Shown one piece after another: positions 28,997 to 38,184 of a stretch of 64,000 nt of DNA. A program made the translations under genes and the position numbers. The DNA is from Candidatus Babeliales bacterium (lineage in GTDB: Bacteria; Babelota; Babeliae; Babelales; JANWKD01): the NCBI GenBank assembly GCA_963701665.1, contig OY969622.1, positions 384,001-448,000 of the forward strand. Direction: 5' to 3'. The first letter of the stretch is position 1. Every line of letters starts with the position of its first letter. The notes beneath the pieces were generated by a model, which ran no database searches, was not told the origin of the DNA, and saw nothing but the letters and a program-made list of their open reading frames with translations.

Positions 28997-29665
28997 ATGA
29001 TAAAAGCTTCAAAAATAGTTATTATGTTGTTTTTCATTTCAATCAACGCTTTAACATCAATGGAGAATAGTAAGAAAGATATTTTAGGCGTTACTATTAA
29101 GATTGGAAAAAAAGGAAGACAAAGAAAACAATCAGTATTGCGTTTCAATGATCCAACAATTCCAGCTGCCCAGAAATGTTTTGAATGCAAGCTTGGCTTT
29201 AAAAGAGGTGGAAAACAGCACCACATGACGTCGATACATAATGCCCCTTCACGGATCTTTCAACAACAAAAGCAATCTAAAATTGTTTCTTGCGTGTGCG
29301 AGAAATGCGGTAAAGATTTTAGCAGGAAAGCAAAAGCCCATGCATTATTTCACGATGAAAACATTGCAGATGATCTCAAATGTTTTCCTTGTGAGCTGGG
29401 TTACCTGTATATGAGCGGAATGAAAATGCATAATGATTACCATCATGAGTCGAATTATTTTTGTGATTTGTGCGATCATAGAATGTTGGGAAATAGGGCT
29501 GATGCTCATAAACTTTTTCATGATGTAAGCATACCTGATGACCAAAAGTGTACAGAACACAGATTAGGATTTAGTACTAAAAATAGGTATAACAAGCATG
29601 TAAATGCACATGTCGTCGTTGCATTAGAGGAAGCAAACGCATTTGTAGCTGCGGTTTTAAATTAA
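28997..29665 (+). CDS. Secreted multi-C2H2 zinc-finger protein
   Basis: Signal peptide; about five CxxC..H..H units; KKGRQRK basic motif. Confidence 0.85.
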   Translation: MIKASKIVIMLFFISINALTSMENSKKDILGVTIKIGKKGRQRKQSVLRFNDPTIPAAQKCFECKLGFKRGGKQHHMTSIHNAPSRIFQQQKQSKIVSCVCEKCGKDFSRKAKAHALFHDENIADDLKCFPCELGYLYMSGMKMHNDYHHESNYFCDLCDHRMLGNRADAHKLFHDVSIPDDQKCTEHRLGFSTKNRYNKHVNAHVVVALEEANAFVAAVLN

Positions 29666-29678
29666 GTATAGCTAAATA

Positions 29679-30272
29679 TTAGGTGTTTACATCCGAAACG
29701 AGTGCTTTGTTTGCTGCATACATGAAAAGATCTCCAAAAATTTCCGAGGGCGAGACCATCAATGTTTTGATAGGTAAGGCGAGCGGTCTTCCTGAAGGGT
29801 CAACGAGCGCTTTGTTTTTAATAAGATCGGTGATTGAGGTTTCCTTAGTAAGAATAATGTCTTTACCGATTGTTTTTCCATTGAGCAACGTAACGCCATT
29901 GCCAGGAACAATAAAGTAACCATTTTTTGTTTTAACTATCTGATAATATTTTTCTTGAAAAGTAAGATTTGTTTTAACATAAGGGCCTTGCCAATGTTTG
30001 GGGAACTTTAAATTCATGGGCCCAACTTCAGATCCCTCAAATGAAATAACATTTAAAAAATCAATATTAATGCGATCGCCTTGAAAATCAACGATGCCGC
30101 ACGTTTCATTAATTTTTTCAAAGATTGATGCTAAGGTGGCAATGTCATTTGACATTACTTGTGTAGGAAATAGGCGTGCTTGATACCAATACGCAAGTAG
30201 AGTAATCAGAAACATAAACCCTAATAGTGTTCCTGAAATAACGGTATATGAAGGCTTCATTACATTTTTCAT
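29679..30272 (-). CDS. Membrane-anchored hypothetical protein, weak GspG pseudopilin-like
   Basis: N-terminal TM helix, long helix, HWQGPYVK motif. Confidence 0.5.
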   Translation of the reverse strand: MKNVMKPSYTVISGTLLGFMFLITLLAYWYQARLFPTQVMSNDIATLASIFEKINETCGIVDFQGDRINIDFLNVISFEGSEVGPMNLKFPKHWQGPYVKTNLTFQEKYYQIVKTKNGYFIVPGNGVTLLNGKTIGKDIILTKETSITDLIKNKALVDPSGRPLALPIKTLMVSPSEIFGDLFMYAANKALVSDVNT

Positions 30273-30348
30273 GTATTTCCTTTTTTGCTAGGGTATCTTT
30301 TTTCAATGTAGCAAAGTCCCCTATAAAAAAGGAAGTAACTAAAGGGTT

Positions 30349-31353
30349 TTATGAAAAGTAATGGAGGTGCATAGCCGTTTTTACTTGTGCAAGTGTTTGC
30401 TCTGTTACTTGATCCGCTCGTTCGGTTCCCTTCTTTAACATATCAAGAACATACGCGCGGTCTTTTTCAAATTTTTTACGGCGTTCTTGGATAGGTTTTA
30501 AAAACGCATCCAATACTTCCGTCAATCTCTTTTTGAGAACCATGTCGCCAAGGCCCCCGCGTTGATACTGTTCTTTTAATGTTTCAACGGCTGCTTTATC
30601 GGGATCAAACGCATCTAAATATGAAAAGACTACATTGCCTTCTATGCTACCCGGATCGCTTACCTTTACATGAAGAGGATCGGTATACATCTGTTTGACT
30701 TTTTGCTGCACAATGTCGGGTGTATCGGATAAATATAATGCATTACCTAATGATTTGCTCATTTTTGCTTTACCATCGATTCCTGGTAAGCGTGCAATTT
30801 TTGGTACTACAGCTTTTGCTTCAACAAGAACATCAGTCTTATAAATGCGATTAAAGCTGCGTACTATTTCATTGGTTTGTTCGATCATAGGTATTTGATC
30901 TTCGCCAACGGGCACGATTGATGCTTTGAACGCGGTAATATCGGCAGCTTGGCTTACGGGATACATTAAAAAGCCTGCTGGTAAATGCTCTTCAAGACCT
31001 TTTTGATGAATTTCTGTTTTTACCGTTGGATTGCGGCGTAAACGATTTACCGTAACTAAGTTGAGATAATATAATGTTAATTCTGGTAATGCGGGTAACA
31101 TTGATTGAATGAAAATCGTGCTTATTGTTGGATCAATACCAACGGCAAGATAATCAAGCGCAACTTGAAAGACGGCATCATGAATTTTCTCAGGATGTTC
31201 GTAATTATCAGTGAGTGCTTGCGCATCCGCGATCATAATGTATTGGATATGATCCTTTTGTAAGGCAACACGGTTAGCTAATGAGCCGACGTAATGGCCA
31301 AGATGGAGTGGGCCTGTTGGCCTGTCTCCCGTTAAAATAATTGGTTTTTGCAT
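30349..31353 (-). CDS. trpS: Tryptophan--tRNA ligase
   Basis: [34 protein letters not shown]. Confidence 0.97.
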   Translation of the reverse strand: MQKPIILTGDRPTGPLHLGHYVGSLANRVALQKDHIQYIMIADAQALTDNYEHPEKIHDAVFQVALDYLAVGIDPTISTIFIQSMLPALPELTLYYLNLVTVNRLRRNPTVKTEIHQKGLEEHLPAGFLMYPVSQAADITAFKASIVPVGEDQIPMIEQTNEIVRSFNRIYKTDVLVEAKAVVPKIARLPGIDGKAKMSKSLGNALYLSDTPDIVQQKVKQMYTDPLHVKVSDPGSIEGNVVFSYLDAFDPDKAAVETLKEQYQRGGLGDMVLKKRLTEVLDAFLKPIQERRKKFEKDRAYVLDMLKKGTERADQVTEQTLAQVKTAMHLHYFS

Positions 31354-31480
31354 ATTTTTTTTATTTCGTTCTAAACTTTTGAATACTTTTATAGAAGCTT
31401 ATCCGAAAATTTTAAAATCATAAAATTAGTTATGAACTTTAATATATTCTTATTACTTTTTTCTTTGTACCTCTTCATTT

Positions 31481-31644
31481 TGACTTACGCAGTCGTGCGG
31501 TCCTCATGCCGGACAGGCACAAGGTATTTTGCGCGCCCAAAATACCTTGAACAAAAGGGCGCCAACGTTCCGTTGGATCTTTCTCCCGCGCGACAAGCTC
31601 AAAATCATGATGCGCAGCATCATGATTTTGAGCTTGTCGCGCTA
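31481..31644 (+). repeat. ~165-bp multi-hairpin repeat element (family B), copy 1
   Basis: Begins tgacttacgcag and ends cgcta; similar to 45086-45254 and to the reverse complement of 45414-45582. Confidence 0.9.
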
Positions 31645-31699
31645 GAGGACTATTATTTAATAGTTATTCTTGCATAACATTTGGACATTGCATCCAAGT

Positions 31700-31752
31700 T
31701 GTCATTGCGAGCCCTATTAAGGGCGTGGCAACCCAGATTATAAAATTAGTCC
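31700..31752 (+). repeat. REP-like palindromic repeat (family A), single arm
   Basis: tgtcattgcgagccctattaagggcgtggcaacccagattataaaattagt, nearly identical to 45277-45330. Confidence 0.85.
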
Positions 31753-32096
31753 ATTATAAGCACAACATGTTGGAGATCTTGTCACATGTTAGTGTGCAAG
31801 GTCGACTTGTTTGCGTTAGGGTGATAAATAAGAGGCTTGCCCTCTTATTTGCCCTTGTATCCAATGTATTGGGCACGCAATACATTGGCGTATCCTACGT
31901 AGCTTGCCAAGCCGGAAGGCGTGGATAAGCGTAGGAGGATGCTGCCCGCACAGGGCCGCATACCTTGCGAAAGGTCAAAAAATAGATTTTAGTAAGATGT
32001 AATGAGCGAAAACGTTAATGTGTAACTGATTGCTATTCAAAAGTAAAAACTTTTTCTAGAGTGGTGAATGAAAGAATTTTTCAAAAGGAGTAGAAA

Positions 32097-32966
32097 ATGA
32101 ATTTCGATCTTTCACCTATACTTTCATGCATGGGATTATTGCATTGGTATAATCTTATTGAAATAGGGTGTTATGCCGCAGGTGTGTACTGTATTTCCCG
32201 ATGGCTTGCGCGTGATACTCAAAAAAATCTCGTGATGCCTTTTTATGTATATTGTCTTGCCCTATGCATTTCATATTCTCTTAATCTCCCCTCGGTATAT
32301 TTTCTGTTATTGTATGCAACTCCGCTCGTTTGCATAGGATTTACACTTTTTCATCAAACGCTGTTACAAAAAAATTTTATTGGTATGACAAAACGCGTGC
32401 AAGCAGTGCCCATGATTAACGAAGATTGGATTGATAATTTGATGCGAGGGAGTCTTCACGCGATAAACACGAATAAAAAGTTTTCTGCACTCGTTGAACA
32501 TTATGACGACATATTTCATTGTATTTCATCATCTTTTAAACTGAATGCGCCATTGGAAAATAATATACTCGAATTTTTGTTTGATAGCCCTCGCTATAAC
32601 GATGATTGTTTTATTGTCGTTGATGTACATGGATATATAAAAGCGGTGAATGCACACTGGTTACATCGCGAAACTGATGGTGTTGTATCGCAGAATGATT
32701 CTGAATGGGTTTCATATTGTGTAGAATTGACCCAAAAAACAGACGCGATCATGATAACCATTTCACCCGAGCAACGACTTTTTACCGTGTATGTGCAGGG
32801 AAAAATCGTAGAAAATGTAACGGCCACTTCGCTCATTGCCTTATTGAAAAATTTCTCGCAGCCTTTGCTTAAAGCAGGAAAAAATAATCTGTCCCCAGTA
32901 CAAGGAGCTTTTAATGAATCTTTCACTAAGAAAACTATTTTTAAGCAAACACGTCCTGAAAGTTAA
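32097..32966 (+). CDS. CdaA/DisA_N-like membrane protein with degenerate diadenylate cyclase motifs
   Basis: N-terminal TM helices; DAC-like spacing (LNAPL..EFLF.SP..D; TDAIMITISPE); synteny with YbbR-like gene and glmM. Confidence 0.7.
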   Translation: MNFDLSPILSCMGLLHWYNLIEIGCYAAGVYCISRWLARDTQKNLVMPFYVYCLALCISYSLNLPSVYFLLLYATPLVCIGFTLFHQTLLQKNFIGMTKRVQAVPMINEDWIDNLMRGSLHAINTNKKFSALVEHYDDIFHCISSSFKLNAPLENNILEFLFDSPRYNDDCFIVVDVHGYIKAVNAHWLHRETDGVVSQNDSEWVSYCVELTQKTDAIMITISPEQRLFTVYVQGKIVENVTATSLIALLKNFSQPLLKAGKNNLSPVQGAFNESFTKKTIFKQTRPES

Positions 32967-33324
32967 TGCATTAATTCTTGGTTATTGGTTGTGGTCCATC
33001 ATCAGCACACAACAAGTTACGACGGTGGCATATACCGTCCCATTAAGTTTTTATGGTGACCAGGAGGTAGCGGTTGAAGCGCCTGAATATGTTACGTTAA
33101 CCTTGCGTGGCTACAAAAAAGATTTATTATTAATCATGGCAGATGAATTAGCAGTGTATTGTAACACTGACACGTTGGCACGAGGAAAATTCCCTCTTGT
33201 GCTTACGCAAAAATCATTATTTTTGCCAGATTCAATCAAAATGATACACTATTCTCCCTCACCGCTTGTTATCACGGTCACAAATAATAAACAATCTGTT
33301 CTAGAAAATGAGTTGCACGCATGA
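32914..33324 (+). CDS. CdaR/YbbR-like protein (single domain)
   Basis: N-terminal TM ..ALILGYWLW; VPL; PEYVTLTLRG; between cdaA-like gene and glmM. Confidence 0.75.
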   Translation: MNLSLRKLFLSKHVLKVNALILGYWLWSIISTQQVTTVAYTVPLSFYGDQEVAVEAPEYVTLTLRGYKKDLLLIMADELAVYCNTDTLARGKFPLVLTQKSLFLPDSIKMIHYSPSPLVITVTNNKQSVLENELHA

Positions 33325-34640
33325 GAAATCTTTTTGGTACTGATGGTATTCGTGGTTGTGTTGGTGATGCACCACTAACCATTGATGGCTTACATCGGTT
33401 AGGTAATGCAATTTCATTATGGGCACAAAAAAAATATGGCGCTCATCCTACATTTTTATTAGCACATGATACGCGCGTTTCATGCTCGCTCGTCAAATCA
33501 TTATTAAAAAGTGGTCTCATGTTGCATCCCGTGCGCGTGTATGATGGCGATGTGCTGCCATCGCCCGCAGTTGTGCAGTTACTTTATCAACACCCGCAGT
33601 TTAATGCGGGTATTATTATTTCAGCTTCACATAATCCATATCATGACAATGGGATCAAGCTCGTTGATGGCGCACTCGGTAAGATTTCACTCGAGGATGA
33701 ATTGTTGATCACGCATTATTTTGATGCACATCAGATTGAATGTGATTATGCATCGCTTGGCATGGAATTTGTTTGGTCCGAGGCAGAAAAAAAATATATC
33801 GATTATGTGGTAAAATTTTTTAAGCACAATTTTTTGCATGGCATCAAAATTGTGCTGGATTGTGCTAATGGTGCTGCATATCGTGTTGCCCCGTATCTTT
33901 TTCGTGCTTTAGGCGCGGATGTTATCATGTTACATGAACAGCCCAATGGTTTTAACATTAATAAAAATTGCGGTGCTGTTCATCCAGAATGCTTACAGAA
34001 GTGCGTTATTGAACAAGGTGCAGATATCGGTTTTGCATTTGATGGTGATGCTGATCGTGTTATTGCGATTAACCGTTATGGGCATATCAAAAATGGTGAT
34101 GACATTTTGGCACTCCTCATGCAACATCCCTTGTATAAAAATACGCCCGCCATTGTTGGTACGAGTATGACTAATCAGGGTTTTGAAATGTTCCTGCACA
34201 AATTACACAAAAAATTGATTCGCACGGCCGTTGGTGATAAATATGTCGCACTCGCACTCGCAGAACAAAATCTATTATTAGGCGGAGAACCCTCGGGACA
34301 TATAATTTTGCGGGATTATTTAAATACGGGGGATGGCATTTTTGTTGCATTGCGTTTGATTGAAACAGTAATGTTCTTAGATAATTGGGAAATGGACACC
34401 TTTCAAAAATTTCCCCAAATAATTATTAACGTGCCTATTGAGCATAAAAAAGATCTTACCTCAGAACCACTTGCGCAATTGATTAGCGCGAATCAACAGC
34501 TCCTGATTGAAGGAAGATTAATAGTACGCTATTCAGGTACGGAACATTTATTGCGCATCATGATAGAGGATTTAGATCATGATCGTGCGCAAGCGATTGG
34601 TGATCGACTTTCAAAACAGCTTTTTCAATTATTAAATTAA
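33321..34640 (+). CDS. glmM: Phosphoglucosamine mutase
   Basis: LFGTDGIRG, ISASHNP, FDGDADR, GGEPSGH, VRYSGTE. Confidence 0.96.
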   Translation: MRNLFGTDGIRGCVGDAPLTIDGLHRLGNAISLWAQKKYGAHPTFLLAHDTRVSCSLVKSLLKSGLMLHPVRVYDGDVLPSPAVVQLLYQHPQFNAGIIISASHNPYHDNGIKLVDGALGKISLEDELLITHYFDAHQIECDYASLGMEFVWSEAEKKYIDYVVKFFKHNFLHGIKIVLDCANGAAYRVAPYLFRALGADVIMLHEQPNGFNINKNCGAVHPECLQKCVIEQGADIGFAFDGDADRVIAINRYGHIKNGDDILALLMQHPLYKNTPAIVGTSMTNQGFEMFLHKLHKKLIRTAVGDKYVALALAEQNLLLGGEPSGHIILRDYLNTGDGIFVALRLIETVMFLDNWEMDTFQKFPQIIINVPIEHKKDLTSEPLAQLISANQQLLIEGRLIVRYSGTEHLLRIMIEDLDHDRAQAIGDRLSKQLFQLLN

Positions 34641-34660
34641 CCTACGCAGGATTCAAGATC

Positions 34661-35290
34661 ATGAAACGAAAATTCTTTTCTCATCTGTGGCATCAGATTC
34701 GAACTATTTTTTTGAGCGGTCTTTTTACCTTACTGCCTTTTACCTTAACCGTCGCCTTGTTTATTTTTTCTTTTCGCGTGATTAATGCATGGCTTGCACC
34801 GGTTTATCAATGGGAACCTGCAGTATTACGAGCTATTCCAGGATCACAAATTATTTTTATTCTTGTGGTGATTTTTGGATTTGGGGTACTTATTCGTTTG
34901 TTGTTTTTGGAGCCGCTTATTCATTTTCTTGAAAGAATATTTTTTAAAATTCCTTTAATGAAGCAAGTATATGGCGGTTTTAAGCAACTGGTGAAAGCAT
35001 TTAGCGCGCAGAGCGAACTTGCTTTCAAAAAGGTAGTCATTGTACCGTTTCCTACCTCAGTTAGTTATAGCATTGGCTTTTTAACGAGCGAAATTCCACA
35101 ACAAATTTTGCCTTTTGCACATGAAAAATTTTTTTATGTCTTCATTCCTACGACACCAAATCCAACGAGTGGTTTTTTAATTCAGATCGCTGAAAAAGAT
35201 ATCATCGTTATAGATTTAACACGCCAAGAAGCGATGTCATTAATTATTTCTGGCGGTATTATCCAACCCGATCGATTTAGGCATATGTAA
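34661..35290 (+). CDS. DUF502 family membrane protein
   Basis: VFIPTTPNPTSGF, MSLIISGG. Confidence 0.9.
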   Translation: MKRKFFSHLWHQIRTIFLSGLFTLLPFTLTVALFIFSFRVINAWLAPVYQWEPAVLRAIPGSQIIFILVVIFGFGVLIRLLFLEPLIHFLERIFFKIPLMKQVYGGFKQLVKAFSAQSELAFKKVVIVPFPTSVSYSIGFLTSEIPQQILPFAHEKFFYVFIPTTPNPTSGFLIQIAEKDIIVIDLTRQEAMSLIISGGIIQPDRFRHM

Positions 35291-35923
35291 TGATCTTGCG
35301 TACCAGTTTCTGGTCAAGCTGGGATCGTATGCAATTAATTTTTCATTTTCGCCAATAGAAAATAATTCATGATCAACTGAAAGATGCATCATGCACTCAT
35401 TATTAAAAGCGAATTTTTTTTTGCACGTAGGCATAGGGCAAGAAATTTGTTGTGTACGTTCATCGAAATGACATTTCTTTAGATGTGCGGAGAAGCCCCA
35501 GTATGAGCGTGCTTTGGTATCATTACGAGGACAAAAAGAGATGTATGTTTGGGGAGGAGAATTTCGGGGAGAATTATAAGGAATTGGAGGTACTCGGGTC
35601 CATTTAATGATTTTACTTGGAGTCGGTGATTCTGAACGGTGAAGAGTAATATCTTCTTGAACTATTTCTTCCTGATGCGACTTGTCTAAAAAGAATTCGA
35701 GAGCGTGATCATCTTTAAAATGACTAAAAAGTTCCGGTAATGAAGTACATATTTTTCCGCAATTTTCAAGTAAACAATAACATCTATCTAAGGGGTCTTC
35801 ATGATAAGAATTTTCTGCATGTTGTCTATCACATTGAAAGTTCATGCTTACACAGTGAGATTGATATAATACAGGAGTAGCGTATAAAAAAATTTTTAGT
35901 AGTTGAAACTTTTTAATTGTCAT
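35240..35923 (-). CDS. Secreted C2H2 zinc-finger protein
   Basis: CLLENCGK..LFSHFKDDH; CPMPTCKKKF..HLSVDH; N-terminal CVS|MNFQC. Confidence 0.8.
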   Translation of the reverse strand: MTIKKFQLLKIFLYATPVLYQSHCVSMNFQCDRQHAENSYHEDPLDRCYCLLENCGKICTSLPELFSHFKDDHALEFFLDKSHQEEIVQEDITLHRSESPTPSKIIKWTRVPPIPYNSPRNSPPQTYISFCPRNDTKARSYWGFSAHLKKCHFDERTQQISCPMPTCKKKFAFNNECMMHLSVDHELFSIGENEKLIAYDPSLTRNWYARSLHMPKSIGLDNTARNN

Positions 35924-35960
35924 AATAATTATTGATGTAAAGTCAAAGAAAACCTTTTAA

Positions 35961-36620
35961 TTATTCAGATATCCTATGAATAGTTATACCTTCCATTTCG
36001 ACTATTTCTTCTCCACACGGCGTTTCAGTAAAAAAATTCATATCATGCTCCCCGTTAAGATGGTTAAAGACTCCTTGAGCGGTAACAAATTTTTTACCAC
36101 ACTTTGCCATTAAACAAAAAATAATGGTTGGCAGTATTATAGGAGCTGATTTATTTTGTTTAGGGATGGGAGCTAATCGGGGGGCGTAGGGAACCAACGT
36201 GTCATTTGCTATTGAAAAAAGTTGGTGATCTGCAGAAAAATGTTGAACAACGTCCGCTTGATACGTGAATACTTGCAAACAAATATAACAATAATGTCGT
36301 TTTATTTCGTCTATGAAGTGATGCCTTCCAATATGATGTTCCAAGCCTGGTTTTGTTATAGCGGATGTTTGCTGACAAGGACAAAAAGAACGAGGTCGAT
36401 ACGGTGATGAAAACCCGAGCATTTCCAGTTCATTTGAATAGCGAATGGGATCCCGAGACGAAAAAATCTCTAATGATGAATCATTTTTTGCTTGGTCATG
36501 TTCTAAATATCCATTTAATAAGGCACATTGAAAATTCATGCCTACACAGTAAGGCTGATAGAATATAGCAATTGAGATTGAAAAAAAATTCAATAAATGA
36601 ATTTTTCTAAGTTTTGCCAT
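35961..36620 (-). CDS. Secreted C2H2 zinc-finger protein, paralog
   Basis: CYICLQVF..HFSADH; CLMAKCGKKF..HLNGEH; CVG|MNFQC. Confidence 0.8.
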   Translation of the reverse strand: MAKLRKIHLLNFFSISIAIFYQPYCVGMNFQCALLNGYLEHDQAKNDSSLEIFSSRDPIRYSNELEMLGFSSPYRPRSFCPCQQTSAITKPGLEHHIGRHHFIDEIKRHYCYICLQVFTYQADVVQHFSADHQLFSIANDTLVPYAPRLAPIPKQNKSAPIILPTIIFCLMAKCGKKFVTAQGVFNHLNGEHDMNFFTETPCGEEIVEMEGITIHRISE

Positions 36621-36719
36621 AGTTATACCATATGCTATTAATTTAAAAAATTACTCATTGTAGTATAACATAAAGATATATTTTTTAATATAATCTTAGC
36701 TTAAAAGAAGTGGCACTAT

Positions 36720-37337
36720 TTAATCGTCAATTGAGGGGCGCAGGGAAATTCGCCTATTTTGCTGCTGTTTTTGGTTAAATTTAAATAATGAACGACCATC
36801 TCTATAAAAGAATTTATGAGTGCCTTCCAAATGATCGATGACAAGAAGAGCAGATTCAAATTCTTCCTTACATTCTGGACATTCATGTTTCCCCGTAATT
36901 TCATTGAAATGATGGCAGAAGATATGTTTAGCAAGCCCATGTGTGCTTGTTGCTTCAGTTTTTTTGCAGGGACAGAATGAACCTTCGAATATGTTGTTGC
37001 GAGGTCTTTTTTGTTTGGGCTTATTTTTAGTTTTTTTTATGCTAATTGTCAGCTTTGCAGGTTGCCTGTGATGTTTTTGGACATTTTTGATGGTATCCGG
37101 TTTTGAAGTAGTAGGTAAAGGCTCTGGTAATGAATTTTCAGATATGAGGTTCAGTTGTTCTTCATCGTAGATATTTTGAGTTTCCCGAAGGAAATCCTGT
37201 TCTGTATATTGTTGTATTTTTTTTAGCTCTCCTAGCATTGGTAAAAACCAACAATGATAATTCATACTAAAGCTAGAAGAACAATATATGATAGTTAAAA
37301 CTAAAAATAGATGCAGCGTGTTAAACTGTATTGCCAT
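36720..37337 (-). CDS. Secreted C2H2 zinc-finger protein, paralog
   Basis: SFCPCKK..LAKHIFCHH; HECPECKEEF..HLEGTH; KKTKNKPKQKRPR NLS-like. Confidence 0.8.
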   Translation of the reverse strand: MAIQFNTLHLFLVLTIIYCSSSFSMNYHCWFLPMLGELKKIQQYTEQDFLRETQNIYDEEQLNLISENSLPEPLPTTSKPDTIKNVQKHHRQPAKLTISIKKTKNKPKQKRPRNNIFEGSFCPCKKTEATSTHGLAKHIFCHHFNEITGKHECPECKEEFESALLVIDHLEGTHKFFYRDGRSLFKFNQKQQQNRRISLRPSIDD

Positions 37338-37528
37338 AAGATTCCTTTTAGTATGTGTAAGTTTTCAAACGATCGTTTTTGGAACTTTTGCAAAATTATA
37401 GTAGCAGAGTAGCAATTTTTTTACAGATTTTTCTGCTTTTATCCATGAGTGATGCTTGCATTCATTTGTTTTGTGTGGTTAGACTACTTGCATATTAACA
37501 TTAAACTTACTTATCAAAGGAAAGTATC

Positions 37529-38023
37529 ATGGAAAAAGCAGATATTGGGATATCAGAAAAAAACTGTAGTAATGTTGCAGAAATCCTTAACAAATTATTA
37601 GCCAATGAATATGTGCTTTATACTAAAACATTAAATTACCATTGGAACGTTGTTGGGGAAGATTTTTATCCATTACACCTTTTTTTTGAAAAACAATATG
37701 AAGAAATGCTCGACATTGTCGATGATGTTGCAGAACGCGCGCGTGCTGTCGGCGGGAAAGCGATCGCATCATTAAAAGAATTCCTCAAATTAACGACGCT
37801 CGATGAGTCATTATTTGGCGATGGTAAAACCGCGCATGAAATGTTGCACCAACTGCTGGATGATCATGAAACAATCATCAAACAAATTCGTAAAGATATT
37901 GATATTACTTTGGATAAATATGATGATGCGGGTACGAGCAACTTCTTATCTGAATTGATCGAAAAACAAGAAAAAATGGCATGGATGCTTCGCGCCTTTG
38001 TCAGTAGACGCGTGGTGAAGTAA
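37529..38023 (+). CDS. dps: Dps family DNA protection protein
   Basis: YHWNVVG, LHLFFEKQY, DDVAER, EKMAWML. Confidence 0.95.
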   Translation: MEKADIGISEKNCSNVAEILNKLLANEYVLYTKTLNYHWNVVGEDFYPLHLFFEKQYEEMLDIVDDVAERARAVGGKAIASLKEFLKLTTLDESLFGDGKTAHEMLHQLLDDHETIIKQIRKDIDITLDKYDDAGTSNFLSELIEKQEKMAWMLRAFVSRRVVK

Positions 38024-38065
38024 TAAATAAAGTATATTTGATAGTAGCTGACAATTTTACAAAAA

Positions 38066-38178
38066 CGTCATTCTGAGGAGCGAAGCGACGTAGGAATCCA
38101 GAACTTTAATAAGTTCCTTTATGAATTAATTTTATAGACTGGATTGCTACGCCCATCGTAGATGGGCTCACAATGACA
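38066..38178. repeat. REP-like inverted dimer (family A)
   Basis: cgtcattctgaggagcgaagcgacgtaggaatcca ...AT-rich spacer... tggattgctacgcccatcgtagatgggctcacaatgaca, between convergent dps and uvrD. Confidence 0.9.
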
Positions 38179-38184
38179 GGGGTT

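Noticed and set aside
31354..31760. Possible T-box or attenuator upstream of trpS
   Set aside because: No T-box consensus seen; the structured sequence belongs to repeat families that recur at unrelated loci
31432..31928. ORFs 31432-31677 and 31725-31928
   Set aside because: Translations of palindromic repeat DNA, with no recognisable protein features
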